Shown here: piece after piece, positions 20,586 through 29,874 of the stretch
Layout: each line of letters begins with the position of its first letter
Position numbering within the stretch: position 1 is the stretch's first letter
Assembly (NCBI GenBank): GCA_000004985.1
Contig: GG738927.1
Direction: 5' to 3' (one strand)
DNA length: 64,000 bases
From: Naegleria gruberi
Lineage: Eukaryota
Notes under the pieces: model-generated
What the model was told of the DNA's origin: nothing
The model's input: the letters and a program-made list of their open reading frames with translations, nothing else
The model's database searches: none
Made by a program: the position numbers and the translations under genes

Positions 20586-21654
20586 ATGACTCAATTTCCT
20601 ATGGAAAATGTCTTTCCATCATTCTATTGTGAATGTTATCCTCACACGAAAGGAAAGGATCATTACAACATTGCAATTGCTTTAATCTTTCGTCAATGTT
20701 TCTATTCGAATTCAGATGTGGCAAGTTATGTGATTGGATGGTTGAGTATTCTTACTAGTATGATTAGTTTATTTCCACAAATTATTAAGAATTTCACATT
20801 GAAATCCTCAGCTGGCTTATCAATTTATGTTTTTGTAATTTGGATGATTGGTGATATTACTAATCTTGTTGGGTGTATTTTGACTAATCAATTAGCAACA
20901 CAGATTTATTTGGCAGCTTATTATGTTGCAATGGATGTGATTATTATTTCACAATATATTTGGTATGAGTTCAAGTTTGAACAGTTTAAGAAGTTGTTGG
21001 AAAGAGTTAGAAATTGGAAGAAATCAAACGAAAGTTCAAAGCATGCAACTTCATCTCTACAAACTAGCACAAGTGGATCTACATCTACTGAAATGACAAC
21101 AACTCAAAAGACCATTCTTCCTTCTCACTATTTACCCAATTTGTTAACTCTAATTATAGTAATATTGATGATTGTAATGGCAGAATTGACTCAAGGTGAA
21201 GAGGAAATAATGATGATGGTGCAGAGTTGTGTTTCATCCACTGAACAACCTCAATATTTATACATTTTGGGAATTGTTTGCTCATACATTTCATGTATCT
21301 GTTATGTTGCAGCACTAGCTCCACAAGTTTACAAAAATTATAAAAGAAAAGGAGTGAAAGGTCTTTCAGTAAGTTAATTCTTAAATGTCACGTTTCAAAC
21401 CAATTGTTCAGCTCTTAATGTTTTTAATTGATGAATTAACTCAAATCCTGTACATTGTCAGTATTATTGTTGCGTATGGACAGGAGGATGCAGTGTTTGA
21501 TCCAATATCTGGAGTACCTTATTTACTTGGAAGTGTTGCAACCTTTGGTTTTTCTTTCATTATTGCCTGCCAATTTTGGTATTATAAAAAGAAGAACAAT
21601 ACTCCAATTCAAGAGATGCCACAAAATGATCCACAATCTGTTGAAAATAAATAA
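20586..21654 (+). CDS. PQ-loop repeat (cystinosin/PQLC2-like) 7-TM transporter. Two exons: 20586..21368 and 21412..21654. Intron is 43 nt.
   Basis: First PQ-loop: LFPQIIKNFTLKSSAGLSIYVFVIWMIGDITNLVG. Second: LAPQVYKNYKRKGVKGLS, then the intron (GTAAGT...TTGTTCAG), then LLMFLIDELTQILY. The GLSLL junction matches the PQLC2 pattern. Both exons are phase 0. Confidence 0.7.
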
Positions 21655-21718
21655 ATTTCTCCTTGTTTTCCTTTTAAAATCGAATATAGAACTATTGTGA
21701 AGAAATGTTACAAGTTTA

Positions 21719-23749
21719 TTAATAACTGTAAATATCAGCACTAACAGCTTCAGATTCACAATCACATTCATCAGTACCTCTCTTAATCTTACTAAAATAT
21801 AATTATTTGATTAATAATCATGAATAAATTAATAACTTACAAGAAACCTATTGAATTAAAAAATATTTTAACATGTTCATGAAATTGAATATTCCAAATT
21901 AATTGATAATTGATTAATAACTCAAAAATCACTCATAAAAACGTACCGTTAATTCCCCATGATGTACCCCATGAATTCTTAACTAACCAATATGGAACTC
22001 CATTTTCTTCACCCCAACCAACAAGCAAAACAGCATGGTTAGTTTCTTCCCAACCTGGTTCAGCAATCTTGGTCTTGAGAGCAGTTGAGTGAGTGTAAAC
22101 ACCTCCCTTATAATTGAAAAAGTCATCATAGACTTCAAATGCAATAGCAAGTGGACCTCCATGATACAATTCATACATCATATTCTTAGCATTAGTAGCT
22201 CCGTAAAAACCTCCAGTGTAGGCATAGTTAGTACCATAAGCTCTCTTTGGACATTGATCCTTCTTACAGACACTATCAACACCCTTGTATGGATCACATG
22301 ATTCTTCAGCCAAACCATAATCTTCAGCATACTTGGAAACCAAATACATGAAACCACCATCACATCTACAGATATTGTTTAGTTAGTTACCAAGATCTGA
22401 TTGATGGTGAAAAATAAACTTACCCTTGAGAATATGCGGAACATTCAACAATATCTTGTGGAGAATAAACTGGTGTCTTAGTACCATTAGTAATAACACG
22501 AACTCTACTGCCAAACATGTCACTTGAACTGAACGCATAGCAACTTCCGCAGACTTACCATATTTGGTAATTCAAAATAAATAAGTTTCCATATTTGATC
22601 AATTCAAAATATAAATAAAAAAAAAAAAAAAAAAAAAAAATAAAAAAAAATAAAAAAACATACACCTTGATTTCTGACTGGAACAACCAAATTCATGCCA
22701 TTAACATTGGTCCAGGAGAATTCCTTTGGCAATGCATTAACATCTTCTTCAGTAATAATCTTCTTGTTACCATTAACTCTTGCTTGAGTTTGGAAAATAG
22801 TTTGGAATCTTTCCTTTTGAGCCTTCAAAGCAGCCTTACGATTCTTGTTAGCAGTACGACCACCAGCAATTCTTCTCATAAATTCGAGAGATTTACCTTC
22901 AAATTGTGGATAGGCAGTAGCTTGCCACATCTTTTGACTCTTGTTAATAGTATTAATCTTTTCCATATTATTGGTAAAGACCTTATTCTTCAAGTCAACC
23001 TTTGGAGCAGACATGAGTTCATGTTCATGAGTGGATTCAGATGGAGCACCAGTTCTAATACCTCTGAAACAACCGAACTATTTCAATCATCATCACGATC
23101 ATTCAATTTTGTTAAAAGTTATTGTAAAATAGGTTGAGAATAGAAACAAACCTTCTTAACAGCAATACCAGCATCATGATACCAACCAGTGAAGGTTTGA
23201 CCACAGTTACTAGTAACAACCTTTCCTTGTTGGGTATAATTGAAGAAGGCGAAATACTTTTGCTTGTTAATAACAACTTCAAAGCCTTGATCCTAATTTT
23301 GTATAAATAATGATATGATGATGACGATGATGATAATATAATGTTTGTATTAATATTTGGTTCATGATAATAAAGTGCGTAATGATTAATATATTAATAC
23401 ATGATAATGATGAATGATGATGAATAATTAAAATATTAATATAAAAAATGATGAATAATTTAAAACGTACATAAATCAAAGTCCAGAAGCCTTCATTTCC
23501 TTGTTCATCATAAACAACATCAGGAGCCAACAATCTCAATTTAATAGTGTCAACATTAACATTAGGAAGAGGATTAGTCAAAGCACAAGTATTATGAACA
23601 ACATCATTAGAGAATGAAGTTGAGGTACGATAGAAGGTCCAATCACCGAAAACTTGATGGAACAAGCAATGGACAGGGATATCACCGTTGACCATCACAA
23701 CCAAACCACACAATAAGAGTGTGGAAATGATTACTTGAGAAATTTTCAT
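21719..23749 (-). CDS. Cathepsin C / dipeptidyl peptidase I homolog (papain family, C1). Seven exons on the minus strand, approximately 23749..23471, 23292..23152, 23077..22666, 22553..22424, 22365..21947, 21847..21841 and 21791..21719.
   Basis: A signal peptide is followed by the exclusion domain (DIPVHCLFHQVFGDWTFY...YDEQGNEGFWTLIY | DQGFEVVINKQKYFAFFNY...TGWYHDAGIAVKK | FGCFRG...). The catalytic region reads LPKEFSWTNVNGMNLVVPVRNQ..CGSCYAFSS...ECSAYSQGCDGGF...VYDDFFNYKGGVYTH...TNHAVLLVGWG...[33 protein letters not shown]. The match to human cathepsin C is residue-by-residue. Introns carry GTA(A/C)GT...AG signals. Confidence 0.85.
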
Positions 23750-24570
23750 TTTTTTTTAATTCAATTGAGTTGAAAGGAACTTTTGGGGTTTTGAACTCCG
23801 GAGGTGGAGTTTTGAATGACCTTATTAATCCAATATGATTGATCAGATATTGAATTTACAATATGTGTTGATTTTGTTTCTTTCGTTTATTATTGAATAA
23901 GGACCTCTTTAATGGTAAGACCATTTAAGTTTTTCATTTCAGTGGTTCCAATCTATCTTATTTCTATTCTTTGAAATTCAACAATCAATGTTAAATAACA
24001 ATAAAAGATGAAATTATTAATAGTATTTAATTAATTCAACACCTTCAATAATTTTCATCACTTTCAAAATTCAAATTCTATTAATAATCTTCTCGTTTGT
24101 TCCCATCACCTTAAATATTCCAACAACACTACATGTTGCACAATATATTTCTATCAATCCAAAAAAAAAGAGCAATGAAACGAGAATTGGCCAATCTTTC
24201 ATGTTCCTCTGATTCCAATCAAACTAATAGAGATTATAATGGCAATAATTCATTCATGAGCATGAAGAGAGTTAAAACCAATGAACCGTTACGTGCTCGT
24301 TTCAATACTCGACAAATCATTCCATACAAGACTAGAAACATTCAACAATAATAAATACTCCTTTCTCAATGAACCATTCTTCAATCTCTTGTTGCATCAA
24401 GAGATTAAAAATCTCCAATCACTAAATCTCTTCTCTGGAATGAATTGAAAATATTACAAAAAAAAACAACAAAAAGCTTCCGAAGGCTTTGCAAAAAATC
24501 TTCTTCTTCGTTTAAATCAACAACAACTGCTACATCTCAGGTGTCTCTACTTTAGGAACAATAAGAAAAA

Positions 24571-25503
24571 ATGGGTTTTCTTAGTCAAGAACAAATTGAT
24601 CAATTTAATGAACAAGGCTTTCTCGTGTTTGAAAATTTCATTGCCGAAGAAATGATTAAAACTCTTCGGGACGAAATTAAAACAATTGTTGAGAAGGATT
24701 TTCATCCTAATCAAAATCACTCTATATTTTCAACTTATAAACAAGATTCAAAGAGAGATTTGGACAGGTATTTTGATCAATCCATTGATAATATTTCCTT
24801 CTTTTTAGAAAAGAGTGCAAATATTGATCCGAATACAGGTGAATTAAAGCAAGATAAATTTACTTGTATTAACAAGATTGGACATGCTATTCATGATCAA
24901 AATAAGGTATTTAGAGAGTTTTCCCATCAGGAAAGTTTATTCGAAATAGTCAAGACACTCTCACAATTCGAAAGACCATTGCTTTTGCAAAGTATGGTCA
25001 TATTTAAACAACCTTTCATCGGAGGTGAAGTTATAGCTCATCAGGATGCAACATTTTTGTATAATGAATTGGATGAAAATGAAAAGGAGAAACCTGTGAT
25101 TGGTTGTTGGTTTGCATTGGAAGATGCAACAACAAAGAATGGATGTTTATATGTGTTGCCAGGATCTCACAAATGGGGATGCGTAAAGAGATGGGAACGT
25201 ACACCAATAGAGAAAGAAAATGGTTCAGTTGAATATGAAATGAAAATGAGAGTGGAAAAACCTGATTTATTGCCATACACTACAGAAATGGACTATGATC
25301 ATGACAAGTATATTAGTGTTGAAGCAAAGAAGGGCACTTTGATTATATTGCATGGATATTTACTTCACAAGAGTTTTGAGAATACTAGTGAAAAATCAAG
25401 AGAAGCTTACACACTTCATATTTTGGATTCTTCTAGACCTCTTTCAAAGAAATCATGGATTCAACCAAAGAGAAAACTAGTTAATTATTATTATGAGAAA
25501 TAG
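24571..25503 (+). CDS. Phytanoyl-CoA dioxygenase (PhyH) family 2OG-Fe(II) oxygenase, PHYHD1-like
   Basis: 310-aa single-exon ORF. The HxD iron ligand lies in EVIAHQDATFLYN and the distal His in LHGYLLHKS, with PhyH-fold spacing. Confidence 0.7.
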   Translation: MGFLSQEQIDQFNEQGFLVFENFIAEEMIKTLRDEIKTIVEKDFHPNQNHSIFSTYKQDSKRDLDRYFDQSIDNISFFLEKSANIDPNTGELKQDKFTCINKIGHAIHDQNKVFREFSHQESLFEIVKTLSQFERPLLLQSMVIFKQPFIGGEVIAHQDATFLYNELDENEKEKPVIGCWFALEDATTKNGCLYVLPGSHKWGCVKRWERTPIEKENGSVEYEMKMRVEKPDLLPYTTEMDYDHDKYISVEAKKGTLIILHGYLLHKSFENTSEKSREAYTLHILDSSRPLSKKSWIQPKRKLVNYYYEK

Positions 25504-25573
25504 AATGTACATATAAAAAATAAATCATTGATTGTGTTCATTGGATGATTTATTATTATTAAGAATTAAAAAA

Positions 25574-25691
25574 GACTACAGCACCACAGGTTCCCAAGTT
25601 GTCTCCAACCTCAGTACTGATGTGGCTCGACGATGCTTAACTTCTCAAATCGGACGGGATGAGGTATATTCATAGTGATATGGCCGTAGCC
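25574..25691 (-). rRNA. 5S rRNA gene, copy 2
   Basis: Same 118-nt sequence as copy 1, with 3 substitutions in the loop B/helix III region. It lies in the same orientation 6,788 bp away. TTTTTT terminator. Confidence 0.85.
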
Positions 25692-25960
25692 AATCTTTAC
25701 CTTAATTTCTGAAAGCAATGCCTTATCAAAAATTGATTCCTCGAGAGAAGGTTTGAACTTCACATTCCTAGAAACAAATTCAACGAATCTCGGTACATAT
25801 TTTAAATATAGTTTGCCAATTTGGAAACTTTATTCACATAACTCATTGGTGAAAATTTCCAAATTCTGTTGCTCGATATTCTTTTGAAAAAGAGCCCTTC
25901 CTTCATAATCCAATTCTTTAAGAAAGAAATTTCTCTAGCGTAATATATTGCATAGTAGAT

Positions 25961-28306
25961 CTATTTCTTGGTTGGTCTATCACAGAAATCCCATCCACTT
26001 GAATCTTCCATTAGTTGTTCTGAAAGATCTAATCTCATATGAGCTAACATGTCATCTGGATCAATGGAAGTAATTTGTTTCCAAATAGCATAGGATGCCT
26101 CAGGATTGAACATTTTTGGATTATAGAGTAAATCAGTGGCACTCTCAAACAAATCCTTTGTTGATCTTTTTGGACAATCTTCGTATGGTAAAATTTCAAT
26201 AAGTTCTACAGATTCCTTCTTACCAACGACAGCTACTTTACCAATTCTTCTAAAGAAGTTATCCTCAGTATGAGGAGTGGTATCCAAAATATTTCTTGAA
26301 ACAAGAATTTTAGCTCCGTATTGTTTTGTTAAAGATTCCAATCTAGCAGATAAATTGACAGAATCGCCAATAATAGTTGGATCCATTCTCTTAGATTCTC
26401 CTACCAAACCAACAGCAACACTGCCTCTCACAATACCAATTCCTACTGCAAGGGATGGATATTTAGGACCTAGGGTTTCATTAAATACTTCGAGAGCATT
26501 TTGAATAGCAATGGCAGCATGAACTGATTGACCTGGTTCTAAGAATAAGGCAGCAAAACCATCACCCAAATACTTATCAATATAAGCATTGTGTCTTCTA
26601 ATAATTGGACCTACTACCTTCAAATACTTGTTAATGAATTTGAATACTTTTTGGGAAGTGAGACTTTCACTAATACCAGTATAGTTTCTAACATCCACAA
26701 ACATAATATCCAACTCCTTTTCAAAAAAGTCGCCATGTCTCAGATCAGTAACCTTGTCCTTATTTACAATAGTCATAAATTCTCTAGGAACGAATTTATG
26801 GACAGTATCTTCTTGGAGTGAGAGAATCTTCTTCCAAGGACCTACAATTGTCTTGGAAAACACAATTGCAATAGTAGTACTCAAACATGTTACGAAAAAT
26901 GTAGCGACCACAAATCCAATAAGCGATCCAATAGCTTGATTATTCAGCTGATTTGCATAGTCGAGAGAAGTATTTCTCAATACATCTTCAACTTCTCTCA
27001 TGGCATTAATCACCAAGGTCATGTTATTAAACCAATCTGTTGATTTGTACAAAGTCAAACTTTGATAATTGTTAACAATATACGTTTCCATTGTTTTACA
27101 TTGTGAATAGACAGGAGTTGAAGTAACTCTATTGATAAATTCATTATGGAATTGGTCATTACTCTTTAAATCCAAGTAGTGTTGAAGAAGGTCACTCTAT
27201 ATAATTGAGGTAGTATTTGCAATATATAATATTAAATATCATCTTATTAAGCTGTTAACAACACTTACCTGTGTTTGGATTTGAAGGAAGTAGTTATAAT
27301 TTGCCGTGGACAAACGACCAGCTGCGAGACCGTTTGAACCTACTGCTCTCTTCAAACCATTAAACTCTTTCATGGCAGTTAAAAAGTTATATACCGTTTG
27401 TATATTAGTAAAGGTAGCATCAGTACTTTGTCCAGAAATCATCAATATAGTATCAATCATTAATGTATTCCAATTTGTATAATAATCTAGGGCAACCTTT
27501 GTTACATTGAATTGTAATTTCCAAATCTTTTCTCTCCAGACAGGAAGACCAGCAATATAAGTATCAATTCCTTTCAAGTTATCATCTGAATTTTTGTATA
27601 TTCTCGTAGAGTCATCACCTAATATTTGGAGAAGGGTAACCTTTCTTGCTTGATAGGCCTTAATAGCATTATCAGTATCATTTCTGTACTGAGGCAATTC
27701 AAGAACAAATGATTTACCTCCAGAGCCCATGTATAAAGATGATGAGCCTCTCTCAATTTGTGTTCGATGAGTAACATCAGCTAGTAAGACCGACAATTCC
27801 GATAAGCTTTGAATTTGGTAAGCTGATTGTATTTGTTGTACGGATTTGACAATTAGTAATGAACCAAATACAAATAATGAAAGAATAGCAAAAACAACAA
27901 TTAGAATAAGTTTGACCATCAGAGGAATTCTCTCTAATAAACCCACTATTGAAGTACTAAAAACAGAGCTATTCAAAATTGATGTAGAAGTTACTACTGA
28001 TGAAAGTGTTTTCCTAGTTTCTAGCTCATCCTCCTGGTGGTGTGCTTGTTGTGGTGTAGTAGTAGTAGTAGTGACTGTTGTTGTAGTAGTGGTGGCGATT
28101 GTTGGTTGCTGTTGTTGAAGTGGTGGCATGCTATTCGTAATATAACTAACAATATTATCAATGGGAACAATGGGAATATGAACGGATCCTCCCTCTGAAA
28201 ATTGTCGAGGGCTTTTCAGTTCATATAAAGGTTCTGGCATTATTTTGTTATTTTTGACCATAATTTCAAAAAGAGAACGGGCAAGTAGTGGTGTAGGACA
28301 GTGCAA
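25961..28306 (-). CDS. Receptor-type class III adenylate/guanylate cyclase. Topology is N-terminal cytosolic, TM, extracellular sensor domain, TM, cyclase. Two exons: about 28306..27270 and 27196..25961.
   Basis: The catalytic domain carries MFVDVRNYTGISE...YIDKYLGDGFAALF...IGIVRGSVAVGLVGESKRMDPTIIGDSVNLSARLES. Two hydrophobic helices (LILIVVFAILSLFVFGSLLIV and IGSLIGFVVATFFVTCLSTTIAIVF) flank a sensor region of about 190 aa. The intron signals are CAG|GTAAGT...TATATAG. The architecture resembles Dictyostelium ACG (a CHASE-type sensor plus a cyclase). Substrate (ATP or GTP) is not decided. Confidence 0.8.
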
Positions 28307-29161
28307 TAGAGAATCACTATTTTGTTTGAGGCTGATTATATTGTCCTGATAAATTGGTTGTTGTTGAATGTGTATATGAGTTGTAGTGGTATGTGAGTGT
28401 GATTGATTTTTTCTGTAGTGTCCTTAAAACCTTGTCTAAGCATACTACTAAGGAAAGGCTATTTGGGCTGCTGAAAATCACTCAACATTGGCCAGCCTCG
28501 TTGTTGCGTCTAGGTCCACACCATCATATTTGAATTGGGCATAATCGCGCAATTCTACACCACAAAACATGGAAAATCAAAGCATCAGTATTATTATTAG
28601 CGCATGAGGCAGAATGGGTTAATTTCTAATAAGGACCGATTAGTGATGATTTAAGAAAATTTGAATGCCTTAGAAAGATATTGAGATGCAACTTGGCATT
28701 CAATAAGGTCATCAGTATTAAAAAGACAATTTTGGCCACCACAAATCTGGTAGGATCCTTCAATCTTGTGCTAAAGTACATATCTAGAAAAATTGAGCAA
28801 CAAGACGCACCACTAAAAGGACACCATCTTTGAATTAATCGTAATAGTCACTAATTTTGAAAGTTGTGTTGTTGTGATGATCTTGCTAAATTGTCTTTTT
28901 TATCCATAGAATAGACAACATTTACAGCAGTCAAATTATTTGTAAATTATCTTTAACACATCCAACTGTTAAATAATACCGAATAATTGGCATGTTAATG
29001 TCTAATACGTTGTTCGTATTTTTTTTAAAATTGTTTGACAGGTTAATAATTATTTTACAATTAATTTAACACTCTGTTGAGTTAAATTAATTGTATTAAA
29101 TATATAACCAATTCAATACACAATTTAAAAAAAGTGTGAAATAAGGCGCCCTCTTTTCGAG

Positions 29162-29857
29162 ATGAATCAAGAGCTACCATTAATTAATTATTACCCACAG
29201 CAATATCACCAAACAAATATGATTGTTTCGGTGCCTGTTCAGCAATCGATCATTAATCATCAAGAACACGATCCGAGGAGTGTTATTCCTTCTATGATTC
29301 CGAATGTGCAAAATTCCCAATCTATTATTCCTCAACCATTCCAAATAATGTGTATGCAACAATTAGATCCCTCCTACACTCCAACAATCATGACTAATCC
29401 TTCTTCTCCTAAGGGAAAATTTAGTGTTGAAAAGGATTTATTGGGAAGAATTGTCATTAAGCAACCAAGTGGGAAAAATGGTTGGATGCTTACTCTTGGT
29501 ATCGCTTTGTTATTCTGTCTTCCTTGTGCTGGAGCTTTGATTCTTTTTGCTGTTTACAAAACTATAGTGTTGGAACTCATTCTTAATGACTCAAACAAAG
29601 AGCTAATTATCAGAACATTTGGAATTTACACTAAAAAGGAAGAAATAGTTACTATTCCATATGCAAATATTGCATCTTTAAGCGTTGTAATGGATCAATC
29701 AATGGTACCAGATGGATTACCGAATGGAAAGTTCTTTATCATTACCAAGGATCAGAATAGTATGCAAGTTAGAAAGGATGCAATTAATTATTATTCTATG
29801 GTAAATATGGCTCAAAAAGCAACTGATTTGATGAATGAAAGAATTGGTAGCTTGTAG
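29162..29857 (+). CDS. Hypothetical single-pass membrane protein
   Basis: 231-aa ORF with ATG at 29162. One hydrophobic helix, WMLTLGIALLFCLPCAGALILFAVY. No recognised domain. Confidence 0.35.
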   Translation: MNQELPLINYYPQQYHQTNMIVSVPVQQSIINHQEHDPRSVIPSMIPNVQNSQSIIPQPFQIMCMQQLDPSYTPTIMTNPSSPKGKFSVEKDLLGRIVIKQPSGKNGWMLTLGIALLFCLPCAGALILFAVYKTIVLELILNDSNKELIIRTFGIYTKKEEIVTIPYANIASLSVVMDQSMVPDGLPNGKFFIITKDQNSMQVRKDAINYYSMVNMAQKATDLMNERIGSL

Positions 29858-29874
29858 AGCCTTAATAAATGTCA

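Noticed and set aside
22610-22660. Run of about 45 A on the plus strand (T on the minus strand), with two interruptions
   Set aside because: It lies inside intron 3 of the cathepsin C gene. It is a simple homopolymer typical of AT-rich amoebozoan introns. It is not a telomere, poly(A) retro-insertion tail or CRISPR-like array, and has no flanking target-site duplication.
24133-24351. 72-aa basic ORF upstream of the PhyH gene
   Set aside because: It is short, has no domain, and sits in a promoter region. It could be a uORF or small gene, but nothing supports it beyond the open frame.
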